The position numbers and the translations under genes were made by a program. This document shows, piece after piece, positions 63,900 through 64,000 of a DNA stretch of 64,000 nt. The notes beneath the pieces were generated by a model. It saw nothing but the letters and a program-made list of their open reading frames with translations, was not told where the DNA came from and made no database searches. The stretch's first letter is position 1, and every line of letters begins with the position of its first letter. The DNA is from Eledone cirrhosa (taxonomy: Eukaryota). The stretch is taken from NCBI GenBank assembly GCA_964016885.1, contig OZ024752.1, forward strand, positions 20,026,001-20,090,000, written 5' to 3'.

Positions 63900-64000
63900 A
63901 ATAAACCTTTCAAGGATTTACACAAGTCCAGCCTCCTGTTATTTTATTATAATAATTAACTCCGTACTCGCACCACCAACTACACAAACGAAGATGGTTG

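Larger units (their letters stand above)
63666..63953. repeat. Inverted repeat (~139-bp arms, 9-nt loop); fold-back PLE-terminus-like element next to (TA)n
   Basis: 63666-63804 versus 63814-63953 with a few mismatches; element probably continues beyond the window. Confidence 0.9.

Overview
Repeat-saturated, AT-rich animal DNA. The SINE types, RTE families and (TA)n/(CA)n density suggest a cephalopod (Octopus-like) genome, which is my inference. No host protein-coding gene can be identified with confidence; there are only a few weak splice-site-bounded exon candidates. Contents: (i) a 10.6 kb 47-bp satellite and several minisatellites, three of which visibly grew out of transposon sequence; (ii) a 9 kb head-to-tail chain of five Helitrons (two with decayed Rep/Pif1 helicase) plus a separate non-autonomous Helitron; (iii) many 5'-truncated RTE LINEs whose ORF carries a PHD-type finger just after the RT, one with an uninterrupted 831-aa frame; (iv) tRNA-derived SINEs, TTAA (piggyBac-type) MITEs, and mariner and CRE-like relics. 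(v) Most interesting is a dense set of short non-coding elements, mostly beside (TA)n tracts, carrying type I hammerhead ribozyme folds: about nine intact or near-intact cores in at least six unrelated sequence families. They occur as fold-back palindromes or a 1.5-mer tandem and probably represent Penelope-like-element termini or retrozymes. One family has a consistent non-canonical CAGAWGA core. Folds and coordinates were read by eye; no computation or database search was run.
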